From NCBI GenBank assembly GCA_024704765.1, contig JAKMXF010000066.1, forward strand, positions 565,854 to 629,853: 64,000 nt of DNA, written 5' to 3'. The DNA comes from Oopsacas minuta (taxonomy: Eukaryota; Animalia; Porifera). The notes under the pieces were generated by a model. That model saw only the letters and a program-made list of their open reading frames with translations. It made no database searches and was not told the DNA's origin. The translations under genes were made by a program, and so were the position numbers. Of the stretch, positions 24,160-34,366 are shown one piece after another (the stretch's first letter is position 1; every line of letters begins with the position of its first letter).

Positions 24160-25422
24160 TTACACATTACAACATTTCCTATTTGAAGATGTTGAATTGT
24201 TATCAAGAGGTGTTATGTCGGAAATTGTAAGTTTAATAATGTTATTTTCGTCTATACTGCTAATGGACTGTGGATGTTCTCGTTTGATGAGAGACGGGAA
24301 AGCAATTAACATTCTCCTCGCTATACACTCGAATACCTGTAGTATATTGTATCCAGTTAGCCCGGAGCAGTCCATGTATTCTATCCCGTTCTTTTCAGCG
24401 AATTCCGTTGCTGTTTCCTCCTTGACAACTCGGCGCATTTCTAGATCCCCCTTATTGCCTACGAGCATATAAACAGCTTCAGTTTTTGCATACTGTCTAC
24501 CAGTAGCCAACCAATTGCTTACGGCAGTGAAACTAGCTTCATCTGTCATATCATATACCAGGAGTACCACGTGAGCATTACGCAACCAGCAAGATGCAAA
24601 TGACTTGAATCTCTCTTGTCCAGCTGTATCCCAAACATCAAGGATTAATTCTTGTTCACCAATCTTTAAATATCGTTTAAACTGATCAATCTCTGTCGTA
24701 GGTTGTATTGTATGTGGTGACGTCAGAGCTATTCCACCTCCCCTATAGCTACAATAGATACTAGTCTTACCTACCCCTGCGTTGCCGATAATGCTGACTT
24801 TAAAATGAGGGAGAGATTTGTAACGAGTGTGTTTATAATCAACTGATTGGTCTCCTACAGTAGGATTACGACATGATCCATAAGATGCTTTCTTTCCAGG
24901 TTTCTCTTTCTTCGCCTGCACCATCTTTTGAGGTTGTTTAGGTAGGCTAGCTGTTTTTGGAAGTTTGGAAGTTTCTTCCATACTGACTGACAGTGTTTGG
25001 GATAGGAATTCGTGAACCTTTTTCTGAATATCTTTAACATCCATTGATGAAATTAAATGATCGAATTCAGGGAGAACATTCCTTATTTCATTGAGATGAG
25101 GTGCGCATTCGGTTTTCAAATTCTCACTCACTTTCTCACCGATCCAATGCACTAAAAACGTTTTGTACATCCCACTAACCATCATATCCTCTAATTTTAC
25201 AAATGCATACATTATTAGATCATCTTCTAAAGCTAGAAGGAGTTCTATCCATACGTCACCCTCCTGGATTACGTTAATAGGAAGCAAGGATAGTTTATTG
25301 GCGGCCTGGTTGATTGCTACCTGGTAGCCAATTAACGCCCAGCTTCCACTTCGGTCTGATTGTAGCACACGAGTAGTTGCAGTCTTAATATTTCGCATAT
25401 AAGACAAAGTATCTAGATTCAT
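24160..25422 (-). CDS. ADF-H (drebrin/Abp1-type)-Rab GTPase fusion, copy 1, 420 aa
   Basis: N-terminal SWALIGY...MYAFVKL...KTFLVHWIGEKV...CAPHLNEI follows the Abp1/drebrin pattern. C-terminal GNAGVGKT, WDTAGQERF, NKGD; ends CCNV. Confidence 0.85.
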   Translation of the reverse strand: MNLDTLSYMRNIKTATTRVLQSDRSGSWALIGYQVAINQAANKLSLLPINVIQEGDVWIELLLALEDDLIMYAFVKLEDMMVSGMYKTFLVHWIGEKVSENLKTECAPHLNEIRNVLPEFDHLISSMDVKDIQKKVHEFLSQTLSVSMEETSKLPKTASLPKQPQKMVQAKKEKPGKKASYGSCRNPTVGDQSVDYKHTRYKSLPHFKVSIIGNAGVGKTSIYCSYRGGGIALTSPHTIQPTTEIDQFKRYLKIGEQELILDVWDTAGQERFKSFASCWLRNAHVVLLVYDMTDEASFTAVSNWLATGRQYAKTEAVYMLVGNKGDLEMRRVVKEETATEFAEKNGIEYMDCSGLTGYNILQVFECIARRMLIAFPSLIKREHPQSISSIDENNIIKLTISDITPLDNNSTSSNRKCCNV

Positions 25423-25685
25423 TCTTCTGTATTACTACTGTATCTGTATACACTGGCTTATATGTAGTTATAGTGGATGGAGCTTTATTATTGAGTAATA
25501 CCATCTCAGCATTGAGTACATATATAGAATGATAAGAATTAATACAGACAATACTATGTATAGTCAATTCCTCACTATATCTAAATTTTGTATCCTTATA
25601 AACAGGATAGTTACAACAAATATGCTCTACATACTATCACACATACATTATAATGAGAATAAATCAAAGAGTTCGAATGAATAGA

Positions 25686-26942
25686 TTATAGTTTACTGCA
25701 TTGCTGGCAACCATGTCTCTTCCTGTTTGTAATAAGTTCTCGCTCTGCTGTCGTGCTATCAGTTAGCTTTATTATTCTCTCAGAGAATGCGTTATTAGAT
25801 GTGAATATATCATGATAGACAAATACAACTCTTCTAGTTATACTCTCGAATAGTTTTAAGATATTCAATCCTGTTAACCCGGAGCATTCCATAAACACCA
25901 TATCGTGTTGTTTAGCGAACTTTTCTGCTGTAGATTCTTGTACAACTCTACGATGGACTAGATCTGCTTTGTTACCGACTAAGTAGAATATTGCTCTCTC
26001 ATTCGCATACGCTTTAGCTGTTTCCATTAGTTTGGGTATTTCTTTGTAACTATCTTCATCTGTTATATCATATACACAGATTACAACTTTAGCGTTCCTT
26101 GTCCAAACAGGTGCAAATGCTACATACCTTTCTTGCCCTGCTGTATCCCAGATCTCTAAGGTGAAATTATGATTGTCTAATGAAACTTTCTTACTCATGC
26201 AATCGGCGGATATTGTACTAGTTATTAGTTGAGGATTCGATAGAGCAGATCCTCCCTCGTTATAGCTTAGGTAAATGAAGGTTTTACCTACCCCTATACT
26301 GCCGATAATTGTTATCTTGAATTTTGGCTGCGCCACCGGCTCTAAGTAGGAAGTGAATGTGCTTGATTCGGATAGCATTTCGGGTTTATTTTTACGTTGG
26401 GGGTGTCTTTGTTGAGTTGAAGACCTGTACTTCCTCCCTCCTTCTAGAGATTGAGTCTTACTTCCATGAAATGAGATTGTTGTGTCCCTTCGAGGTCGTA
26501 ATGGACGAGCTATAGCACAAATGGGCTGAACGCGAGTGGAGTAGCCGTGTACCTGAGCCATAATATCTAATGGGTCCATCGTACTTATTAATAGGTCATA
26601 GCAGGGAATAAGATTCCTGATTTCGTTCAAATGAGGCATGCAAGACTCCTTTTTGTTTTCATCCACGTCTTTTCCAACCCAGTGTATCAGAAATATTTTC
26701 ATGTCGCCTTTAGCTTCAAAATCAAGCTTAGCATATCCGTACTGTATCTTCTCATCGTCAAATAAATCTAGGAGATCAATCCAAACTGTTCCTTCCTTTT
26801 TCACGTCTAATGTCATTATGTTACACTTCCTGACTCTATCAGAGTACCCGAATAACACCCAAGTTCCGCTTATCTCTGAGGTTTTAACATTGTTGACTGC
26901 TTGCAGAATCTCATCACTGTAAGAGAATGTATCCAGATTCAT
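25686..26942 (-). CDS. ADF-H-Rab fusion, copy 2, 418 aa
   Basis: TWVLFGY...YGYAKL...FLIHWVGKDV; GSIGVGKT, WDTAGQERY, NKAD; ends CQQCSKL. Confidence 0.85.
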   Translation of the reverse strand: MNLDTFSYSDEILQAVNNVKTSEISGTWVLFGYSDRVRKCNIMTLDVKKEGTVWIDLLDLFDDEKIQYGYAKLDFEAKGDMKIFLIHWVGKDVDENKKESCMPHLNEIRNLIPCYDLLISTMDPLDIMAQVHGYSTRVQPICAIARPLRPRRDTTISFHGSKTQSLEGGRKYRSSTQQRHPQRKNKPEMLSESSTFTSYLEPVAQPKFKITIIGSIGVGKTFIYLSYNEGGSALSNPQLITSTISADCMSKKVSLDNHNFTLEIWDTAGQERYVAFAPVWTRNAKVVICVYDITDEDSYKEIPKLMETAKAYANERAIFYLVGNKADLVHRRVVQESTAEKFAKQHDMVFMECSGLTGLNILKLFESITRRVVFVYHDIFTSNNAFSERIIKLTDSTTAERELITNRKRHGCQQCSKL

Positions 26943-27361
26943 TTTGTTCGTATCTTTAATATATTTTAAGAGATATATTTACCCGAGTATATCTGATAAG
27001 TTTTGAAGATTTAATCGCTGTTATTTTGATTGTTTGAACACTTTTAGCTTTGGATGTTTTTTGCCTTGAATTTATAGCCACGCAAACAATGTGCTATGGT
27101 TATGTAATGTGATATTTCAGGTGTGGCTAATTATCCTACATGCTTAGGACCCTAGTATTACAAGTAATTACGTGTTATGATATCATATTGAGTACATATA
27201 TAGAATGATAAGAATTAATACAGACAATACTATGTATAGTCAATTCCCCACTATATCTAAATTTTGTATCCTTATAAACAGGATGGTTACAACAAATATG
27301 CTCTACATACTATCACACATACATTATAATGAGAATAAATCAAAGAGTTCGAATGAATAGA

Positions 27362-28612
27362 TTATAGTTTACTGCATTGCTGGCAACCATGTCTCTTCCT
27401 GTTTGTAATAAGTTCTCGCTCTGCTGTCGTGCTATCAGTTAGCTTTATTATTCTCTCAGAGAATGCGTTATTAGATGTGAATATATCATGATAGACAAAT
27501 ACAACTCTTCTAGTTATACTCTCGAATAGTTTTAAGATATTCAATCCTGTTAACCCGGAGCATTCCATAAACACCATATCGTGTTGTTTAGCAAACTTTT
27601 CTGCAGTAGATTCTTGTACAACTCTACGATGGACTAGATCTGCTTTGTTACCGACTAAGTAGAATATTGCTCTCTCATCCGCATACGCTTTAGCTGTTTC
27701 CATTAGTTTGGGTATTTCTTTGTAACTATCTTCATCTGTTATATCATATACACAGATTACAACTTTAGCGTTCCTTGTCCAAAAAAATGCTACATCCATC
27801 TCTTGCCCAGCTGTATCCCAGATCTCTAATGTGAATTGATGATCTCCTAATCTAACATTCCTATTCAAGCAATCCATTTGTATCGTAGTTGATCTTCTAT
27901 TAGGGCTCGGTGGAGCAGATCCTCCTGCGTTATAGCTCAGATATATTATCGTTTTTCCTACACCTAGGCTCCCGATAAGGGCTACCTTAAATTTCGGCTG
28001 CTCCACCGGCTCTAAGTAGGAAGTGAATTTGCTTGATTCGGATACCATTTCAGGTTTATTTTTATGTTTGGGGTTTTTTTGTAGAGAAGAATATTTGTAC
28101 TTCATCCTTCCTTCTAGAGATTGATTCCTGCTTTCACGATATGAGATTGATGAGTCCCTTCGAGGTCGTAATGGACGAGCTGAAGCACAAATGGACTGAA
28201 CGCGAGCGAAGTAGCCGTGTACCTGAGCTATAATATTTATTGGGTCCATCGTACTTATTAATAGGTCATAGCAGGGAATAAGATTCCTGATTTCGTTCAA
28301 ATGAGGCATGTAAGACTCCTTTTCGTTTTCGTCCACGTCTTTTCCAACCCAGTGTATCAGAAATAATTTGAAATCGCCTTTCACTGTGAAGTTTAGTTTA
28401 GCATATCCGTACTGTATCTTCTCATCGTCAAATAAATCTACGAGATCAATCCAAACTGTTCCTTCCTTTTTCACGTCTAATGTCATTATGTTAGACTTCC
28501 TGACTCTATCAGAGTACCCGAATAACACCCAAGTTCCGCTTATCTCTGAGGTTTTAACATTGTTGACTGCTTGCAGAATCTTATCACTGTAAGATAATGT
28601 ATCCAGATTCAT
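27362..28612 (-). CDS. ADF-H-Rab fusion, copy 3, 416 aa, altered switch regions
   Basis: Tandem duplicate of copy 2 (ATG offset 1670 bp); switch II reads WDTAGQEMDVAFFW, 2 aa shorter; ends CQQCSKL. Confidence 0.83.
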   Translation of the reverse strand: MNLDTLSYSDKILQAVNNVKTSEISGTWVLFGYSDRVRKSNIMTLDVKKEGTVWIDLVDLFDDEKIQYGYAKLNFTVKGDFKLFLIHWVGKDVDENEKESYMPHLNEIRNLIPCYDLLISTMDPINIIAQVHGYFARVQSICASARPLRPRRDSSISYRESRNQSLEGRMKYKYSSLQKNPKHKNKPEMVSESSKFTSYLEPVEQPKFKVALIGSLGVGKTIIYLSYNAGGSAPPSPNRRSTTIQMDCLNRNVRLGDHQFTLEIWDTAGQEMDVAFFWTRNAKVVICVYDITDEDSYKEIPKLMETAKAYADERAIFYLVGNKADLVHRRVVQESTAEKFAKQHDMVFMECSGLTGLNILKLFESITRRVVFVYHDIFTSNNAFSERIIKLTDSTTAERELITNRKRHGCQQCSKL

Positions 28613-29040
28613 TTTGTTCGTATCTTTAATATATTTTAAGAGATATATTTACCCGAGTATATCTGATAAGTTTTGAAGATTTAATCGCTGTTATTTTGAT
28701 TGTTTGAACACTTTTAGCTTTGGATGTTTTTTGCCTTGAATTTATAGCCACGCAAACAATGTGCTATGGTTATGTAATGTGATATTTCAGGTGTGGCTAA
28801 TTATCCTACATGCTTAGGACCCTAGTATTACAAGTAATTACGTGTTTGTAGTATCATAAAATAATTGTTTACTCTTCTGTATATGAATAACACAGAATTT
28901 ATATTTTCTTATGAGTAATGAGTTTTAAGGGTCTCGGAATTCCTATAAGCGTATAATTAATGGGAATTATACAAGATATAAACACCATTAAAATACACAT
29001 AGAACAATACAATTACATTTTGACAATTCAGATCATTAAG

Positions 29041-30371
29041 TTATTTATTACATTGCTGACAACCTCCATGTCTTTTCTTGCTCCGCATTGATACATCGTA
29101 TCTTGTATAATCACTCAGTTTTATCGTACCTCCTGAAATACTCCTAGACATTGTAGGAGAACTCGTGAAAATATCTTGATAGACAAATACAACTCTTCTA
29201 GTTATGTCCTCGAATAGTTTTAAGATGTTTAATCCTGTAAGCCCGGAGCATTCCATAAACACCATATCGTGTTGTTTAGCGAACTTTTCTGCTGTAGATT
29301 CTTGTACAACTCTACGATGGACTAGATCTGCTTTGTTACCGACTAAGTAGAATATTGCTCTCTCATCTGCATACTCTTTAGCTGTGTGAATACTTTTAGG
29401 AAGATCATTATAACTGTCCTCATCTGTTATATCGTATACACAGATTACAACTCTAGCGTTCCTTGTCCAAACAGGCGCAAATGCTTTATACCTTTCTTGT
29501 CCTGCTGAATCCCAGATCTCTAAGGTGAAATTATGATTGTCTAATGAAACTTTCTTACTCATGCAATCGGCGTATATTGTATTAGTTACTAGTTGAGGAT
29601 TCGATAGAGCAGATCCTCCCTCGTTATAGCTTAAGTAAATGAAGGTTTTACCTACCCCCACAGTGCCGATAATTGCTATCTTGAATTTTATCCGTTTGAG
29701 CGTTACGTAAGATACAGAAACAGGACTGTCGACAGTCTCTTCTGGTTCTGGAGGTTCAAACGCGGAGTCCGGTGTCTCATTTACTGGATTTAAATTTATC
29801 CTATTGGTGTATGTTCTCACGAAACTGCTTTGTTCTTTATTATAGACTCTTGTGCTACTCGCTCGTGTGCGAAACAAAGAACTGTTAAACTTCGATATTT
29901 CCATATTACTCTCTGATCGTGATGGACGAGTTTCAACGCAGATTGACTGAGAGCGAGAAAGGAAGCTATGTACTTGAAACTGTACATCTAAAGGCTCCAT
30001 TGAGTTAACTAGTAAGTCATAACAGGTTATCATATTCCTGATTTCGTTCAGATGTGGCATACAAAACAACTTTTCATTTTCACCAACATCCTTTCCAACC
30101 CAGTGTATCAGAAATATTTTCATGTCGCCTTTAGCTTCAAAATCAAGCTTAGCATATCCGTACTGTATCTTCTGATCATCAAATGCCAGCAATAGATCCT
30201 TCCATATTGTACCTTCCTTAATAACGTTTACGCTCATTAAGTTGAGTTTCTTGGCCCCTTCATCTCCTTCAGTGTATCCTATTAGCATCCAGCTACCTCC
30301 TACAGGTGATGACTGTACGCGATTGATTCCTGCCTTTATGTCCACTATTATGAGAGAGTATCCAGATTCAT
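29041..30371 (-). CDS. ADF-H-Rab fusion, copy 4; the ATG at 30371 is cut off from the main ORF by a 1-nt deletion (possible pseudogene or sequence error)
   Basis: ATG AAT CTG GAT ACT CTC TCA TAA: the family start MNLDTLS meets a stop at codon 8. The long ORF resumes one base out of frame at GTG 30345. Confidence 0.72.
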
Positions 30372-30744
30372 TCTTCTTGATTATTTCTAGGAATAACCCT
30401 CACATTTTATAGGTAATTATTTCAAATATACTTTCACATACGTATACTCATTAATTCATAAATGATAACCAAAGCTAAGGTCATATTATAGCATATCTAA
30501 TATCACACATCCTATTTTGTGCTATTTATTCAAAATTATCAATTTACATTACAATAATGCCTACAGCAGCAGTGATAATAAATTTGTGTTTACTGTAATT
30601 TGTAAGATATTTTGAATCCAAATGAAACAAAATAGTTCAATAATTCTTAGTTTAGCAGGAATACTATTCATTGGGAAATAACTGGGATTTGATTACTTGA
30701 AGTGGATAATATATTTAAATTAGTGTCGTATTGTAAGCTTCGAA

Positions 30745-32058
30745 TTAATAGAATATTTGTAAAATAAATCCTAATAAACTTGTGATCGCTTGTATCAAGA
30801 ACACGATTTGACTTCCGAAGTGTTCTTCTAATAGCGGGGATATTTGCATATCTAGATAGGAGAAACTGTAAGCAGCAAATGTAGCAATTCCTGCAGATAC
30901 TCTATTATAGTGAGGATGTAATATTTCACCGATCAACCACCATCCTATTGAACCCCAGCCAAAAGTATAAGTGAATGCATACATAGCCACGAATATCAAA
31001 GGAGCAAACTCAAGTATCTGACATATGGTAGTTTCCTGTGATATATGAGTATTACTACAATGAAACTTGTCAGTAGAGAGGTAGATTGTTAGACTCAACA
31101 GTCCGTTAGACGAAATCTGGAAAATAGTTGTTACAAGAAGTAGTTTCTTCCAACTTATTCTCTGTATAACCCAGAGGAATAGAATGCCCCCAATTAGCAG
31201 TGGGACAGCAAATAATAATCCAGCAATCTTAGGATTTATGCTGACTGATGATTCCAACGTATGAGCAGAATATCCTAACAAATACTCATGTCCTGATGAT
31301 GCCTTAAATATTTGTATAGTACAACATACTAATAGAGGCCTCAGTACTGGCCATACAAAATAGCTGGATATCTTCTGAGAAAAACTTGCATTAACATTTT
31401 CACTTATCTCTTCATTTATAGAGTTATCTTGAGATGGATTATAGAAATAATATTCTCTTGCTTGATTAGCTCTATCATCCCAACCTTTGTTTCTTAACCA
31501 TCTAGGTGTTTCCGGTAGAAATACGAAGTTTAACGTAGTGAATGCAATCATTAGCATATAGAGAACAGCTAGCCATCGATAACTTATCCAGAGACCTAAA
31601 CTATAGCTTATTAAAACTCCAATTCTTAAAGAGATTGCTAAAATAGCACCACATAGTTTCTTAACAGAGTCTGGAGCTATTTCTGAATTGTATACAATAG
31701 CCCAGGATATAGACATACCTGTATAGAAGCCGATTAACAATCTCCCTATAGTCATAGACACACTGTCATTGGCAATAATCAACAATATTGTCCCTAATGT
31801 TCCTAGCTGTGACGTCACAATCAGACTAGTTTTTATACCCAGCCATTCACTAATTAGCCCTCCTATAGTAGAACTGAATGTACCTCCTAAATAATCAGCA
31901 GAAGCGAACAAGGAATAACTGTCTTGTGAGAATTTACCGGTCTCTAGGAGAGAATCTTCTATTGGAGATGTGTAAGAATCAATATAGCCTGTCGACATAA
32001 TACATAGCGATGTTATCATGCATGCGTGTAATACTCTAATTGATTTCTTAACAGACAT
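30745..32058 (-). CDS. MFS sugar-porter (GLUT6/8, Tret1-like) transporter, copy A
   Basis: Multiple TM segments; sugar-porter motifs IGRLLIG, YNSEIAP, LPETPRWL, GWGSIGW..GEI. Confidence 0.85.
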   Translation of the reverse strand: MSVKKSIRVLHACMITSLCIMSTGYIDSYTSPIEDSLLETGKFSQDSYSLFASADYLGGTFSSTIGGLISEWLGIKTSLIVTSQLGTLGTILLIIANDSVSMTIGRLLIGFYTGMSISWAIVYNSEIAPDSVKKLCGAILAISLRIGVLISYSLGLWISYRWLAVLYMLMIAFTTLNFVFLPETPRWLRNKGWDDRANQAREYYFYNPSQDNSINEEISENVNASFSQKISSYFVWPVLRPLLVCCTIQIFKASSGHEYLLGYSAHTLESSVSINPKIAGLLFAVPLLIGGILFLWVIQRISWKKLLLVTTIFQISSNGLLSLTIYLSTDKFHCSNTHISQETTICQILEFAPLIFVAMYAFTYTFGWGSIGWWLIGEILHPHYNRVSAGIATFAAYSFSYLDMQISPLLEEHFGSQIVFLIQAITSLLGFILQIFY

Positions 32059-32271
32059 TAGTGTGTTGTAATAATTTTACAGATTAAATGAATAAATAGA
32101 AGATAGGAGATAACATGGTATGTCCTATATTAAGTAGACACGGTCATAATGTTGGTCCTGAGTTGATTCCTATTCAGATTTCCTACTATTTGTTTGCTGT
32201 TTCTAACAATTAAGCAGTCATGCTTGAATTCATATGACAAGTGTAGGCCACTTCCCTATTTATAAAATAGA

Positions 32272-33624
32272 ATGTGTTATTCTAATAATATGTCTCTAAT
32301 CAAATCCATTCGTGTCCTCCATGTATGCATCATTACATCCATGATGATAGTCGCTACAGGAATCATGGATGGTTACACATCCCCGATAGAAGACTCTCTC
32401 CTGGAGAATGGAATGTTTTCTATTGACAAATATTCTACATTTGTGTCTGCTTTTGTCTTAGGAGGTATGTTCAGTTCCACTATAGGAGGATTAATTAGTG
32501 AATGGCTGGGTATAAAAACTAGTTTGATATTTACGTCACAGCTAGCAACATTTGGGGCAATATTGTTGGTTATTGGCAATGACAGTGTGTCTATGACTAT
32601 AGGAAGATTGCTAGTAGGGTTTTATGCTGGAATGTCTATGTCATGGGCTATTGTATACAATTCAGAAATAGCAACAGATTCGGTTAAGAAACTGTATGGT
32701 GCTATTTTAGCAATCTCTTTAAGAATTGGAGCTATAATAAGCTATAGTTTAGGTCTCTGGATAAGTTATCGATGGCTAGCTGTTCTCTATATGCTAATGA
32801 TTGTATTCATTACGTTAAACTTCGTATTTCTACCGGAAACACCTAGATGGTTAAGAAACAAAGGTTGGGATGATAGAGCTAATCAAGCAAGAGAATATTT
32901 CTATGACTTATATCAGGAAAACACGTCTGATGAGGTGAATACGAAAATGTCCAGTGATTCTAGTTTGGAGAATGTTAATGTGAGTTTTTCTCAGAAGATA
33001 TCCAGCTATTTTGTATGGCCAGTACTGAGGCCTCTATTAGTATGTTGTACTATACAAATATTTAAGGCATCATCAGGACAGGAGTATTTGTTACCATATT
33101 CTGCTCATACGTTAGAGTCATCAATCAGTTTTAATCCTAAGATTGCTGGATTATTATTTGCTGTACCAGAGCTAATTGGGGGCATTCTATTCCTCTGGGT
33201 TATACAGAGAATAAGTTGGAAGAAACTACTTCTTGTAACAACTATTTTCCAGATTTCGTCTAACGGACTGTTGAGTCTAACAATCTACCTCTCTACTGAC
33301 AAGTTTCATTGTAGTAATACTCATATATCACAGGAAACTACCATATGTCAGATACTTGAGTTTGCTCCTTTGATATTCGTGGCTATGTATGCATTCACTT
33401 ATACTTTTGGCTGGGGTTCAATAGGATGGTGGCTGATGGGTGAAATACTACATCCTCACTATAATAGAGTCTCTGCAGGAATTGTTACTTTAATCTTATT
33501 TTCCATTGCTTATCTCAATACACAAATTTGTCCAATTGTAGAAGAACACTTCGGGAGCTATACAGTATTTTTCATAAATGCTATAGTTTGTTTGATTGGC
33601 TTTATTTTACAAAGATTCTATTAA
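32272..33624 (+). CDS. MFS sugar-porter transporter, copy B (head-to-head inverted paralog)
   Basis: Same motifs as copy A, with long identical central stretches. Start could be 32272 or 32290. Confidence 0.85.
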   Translation: MCYSNNMSLIKSIRVLHVCIITSMMIVATGIMDGYTSPIEDSLLENGMFSIDKYSTFVSAFVLGGMFSSTIGGLISEWLGIKTSLIFTSQLATFGAILLVIGNDSVSMTIGRLLVGFYAGMSMSWAIVYNSEIATDSVKKLYGAILAISLRIGAIISYSLGLWISYRWLAVLYMLMIVFITLNFVFLPETPRWLRNKGWDDRANQAREYFYDLYQENTSDEVNTKMSSDSSLENVNVSFSQKISSYFVWPVLRPLLVCCTIQIFKASSGQEYLLPYSAHTLESSISFNPKIAGLLFAVPELIGGILFLWVIQRISWKKLLLVTTIFQISSNGLLSLTIYLSTDKFHCSNTHISQETTICQILEFAPLIFVAMYAFTYTFGWGSIGWWLMGEILHPHYNRVSAGIVTLILFSIAYLNTQICPIVEEHFGSYTVFFINAIVCLIGFILQRFY

Positions 33625-34366
33625 CTTATTAGATCGCTCCGAGTAACTTATTTGCATTACCTGTCTGCATGCTCTTAATTCAATCCATTCACTTGCTTGA
33701 TGAAGTGTTTATTTACTTTAAACTAAACTTCAACTCTCGCAGGTAGATTATATTTTGCCTTGATGATTTTATTTCTTTTTTTTTTCAGTTATGCTATAGT
33801 TAATGTTAGGGTCTATTGAAATAGCTATAGTAGGGTCTTAGCTTGACCTAAAATATTTATGACAGAAAAGTACACATATTTTCCATGAAATTCCAAATTT
33901 CATACATTTAGAATACAGCGGGAATAGATCGGAAAGTTATGATAATTCTGCGAAATATACAAATATAACAAGTACCTTCAAGATAGAATAATAATCTCAA
34001 AAAGTGATTTTGATAATTTTTTGTGATAATGCATTTCGTGAGTCAGTCAGGATTTTTGTATAGCTTCACTTTTAGGTCCCGTTCGGTTGTGAACGTGTTG
34101 ATTCAGTTACAGATTAACTCAGAACATATTCATTACCCCTATACGTAATTGTTATTCGTAGCAACTTTTACACATTGTTAACGTTGTACAACGGTCAACT
34201 TAACTCTAACTAGCTAACTCAAATTATGAATGGAAATATTTATTGCCTCTTAGTACAACCAGCTTAGACATATTGCAGCTCTTACGAATGAGTAATAGTA
34301 ATACATTGAATTTTAGCATACGTTATAGTTACCTTATATTTGATACATAAGGAATTAGCTATATCA

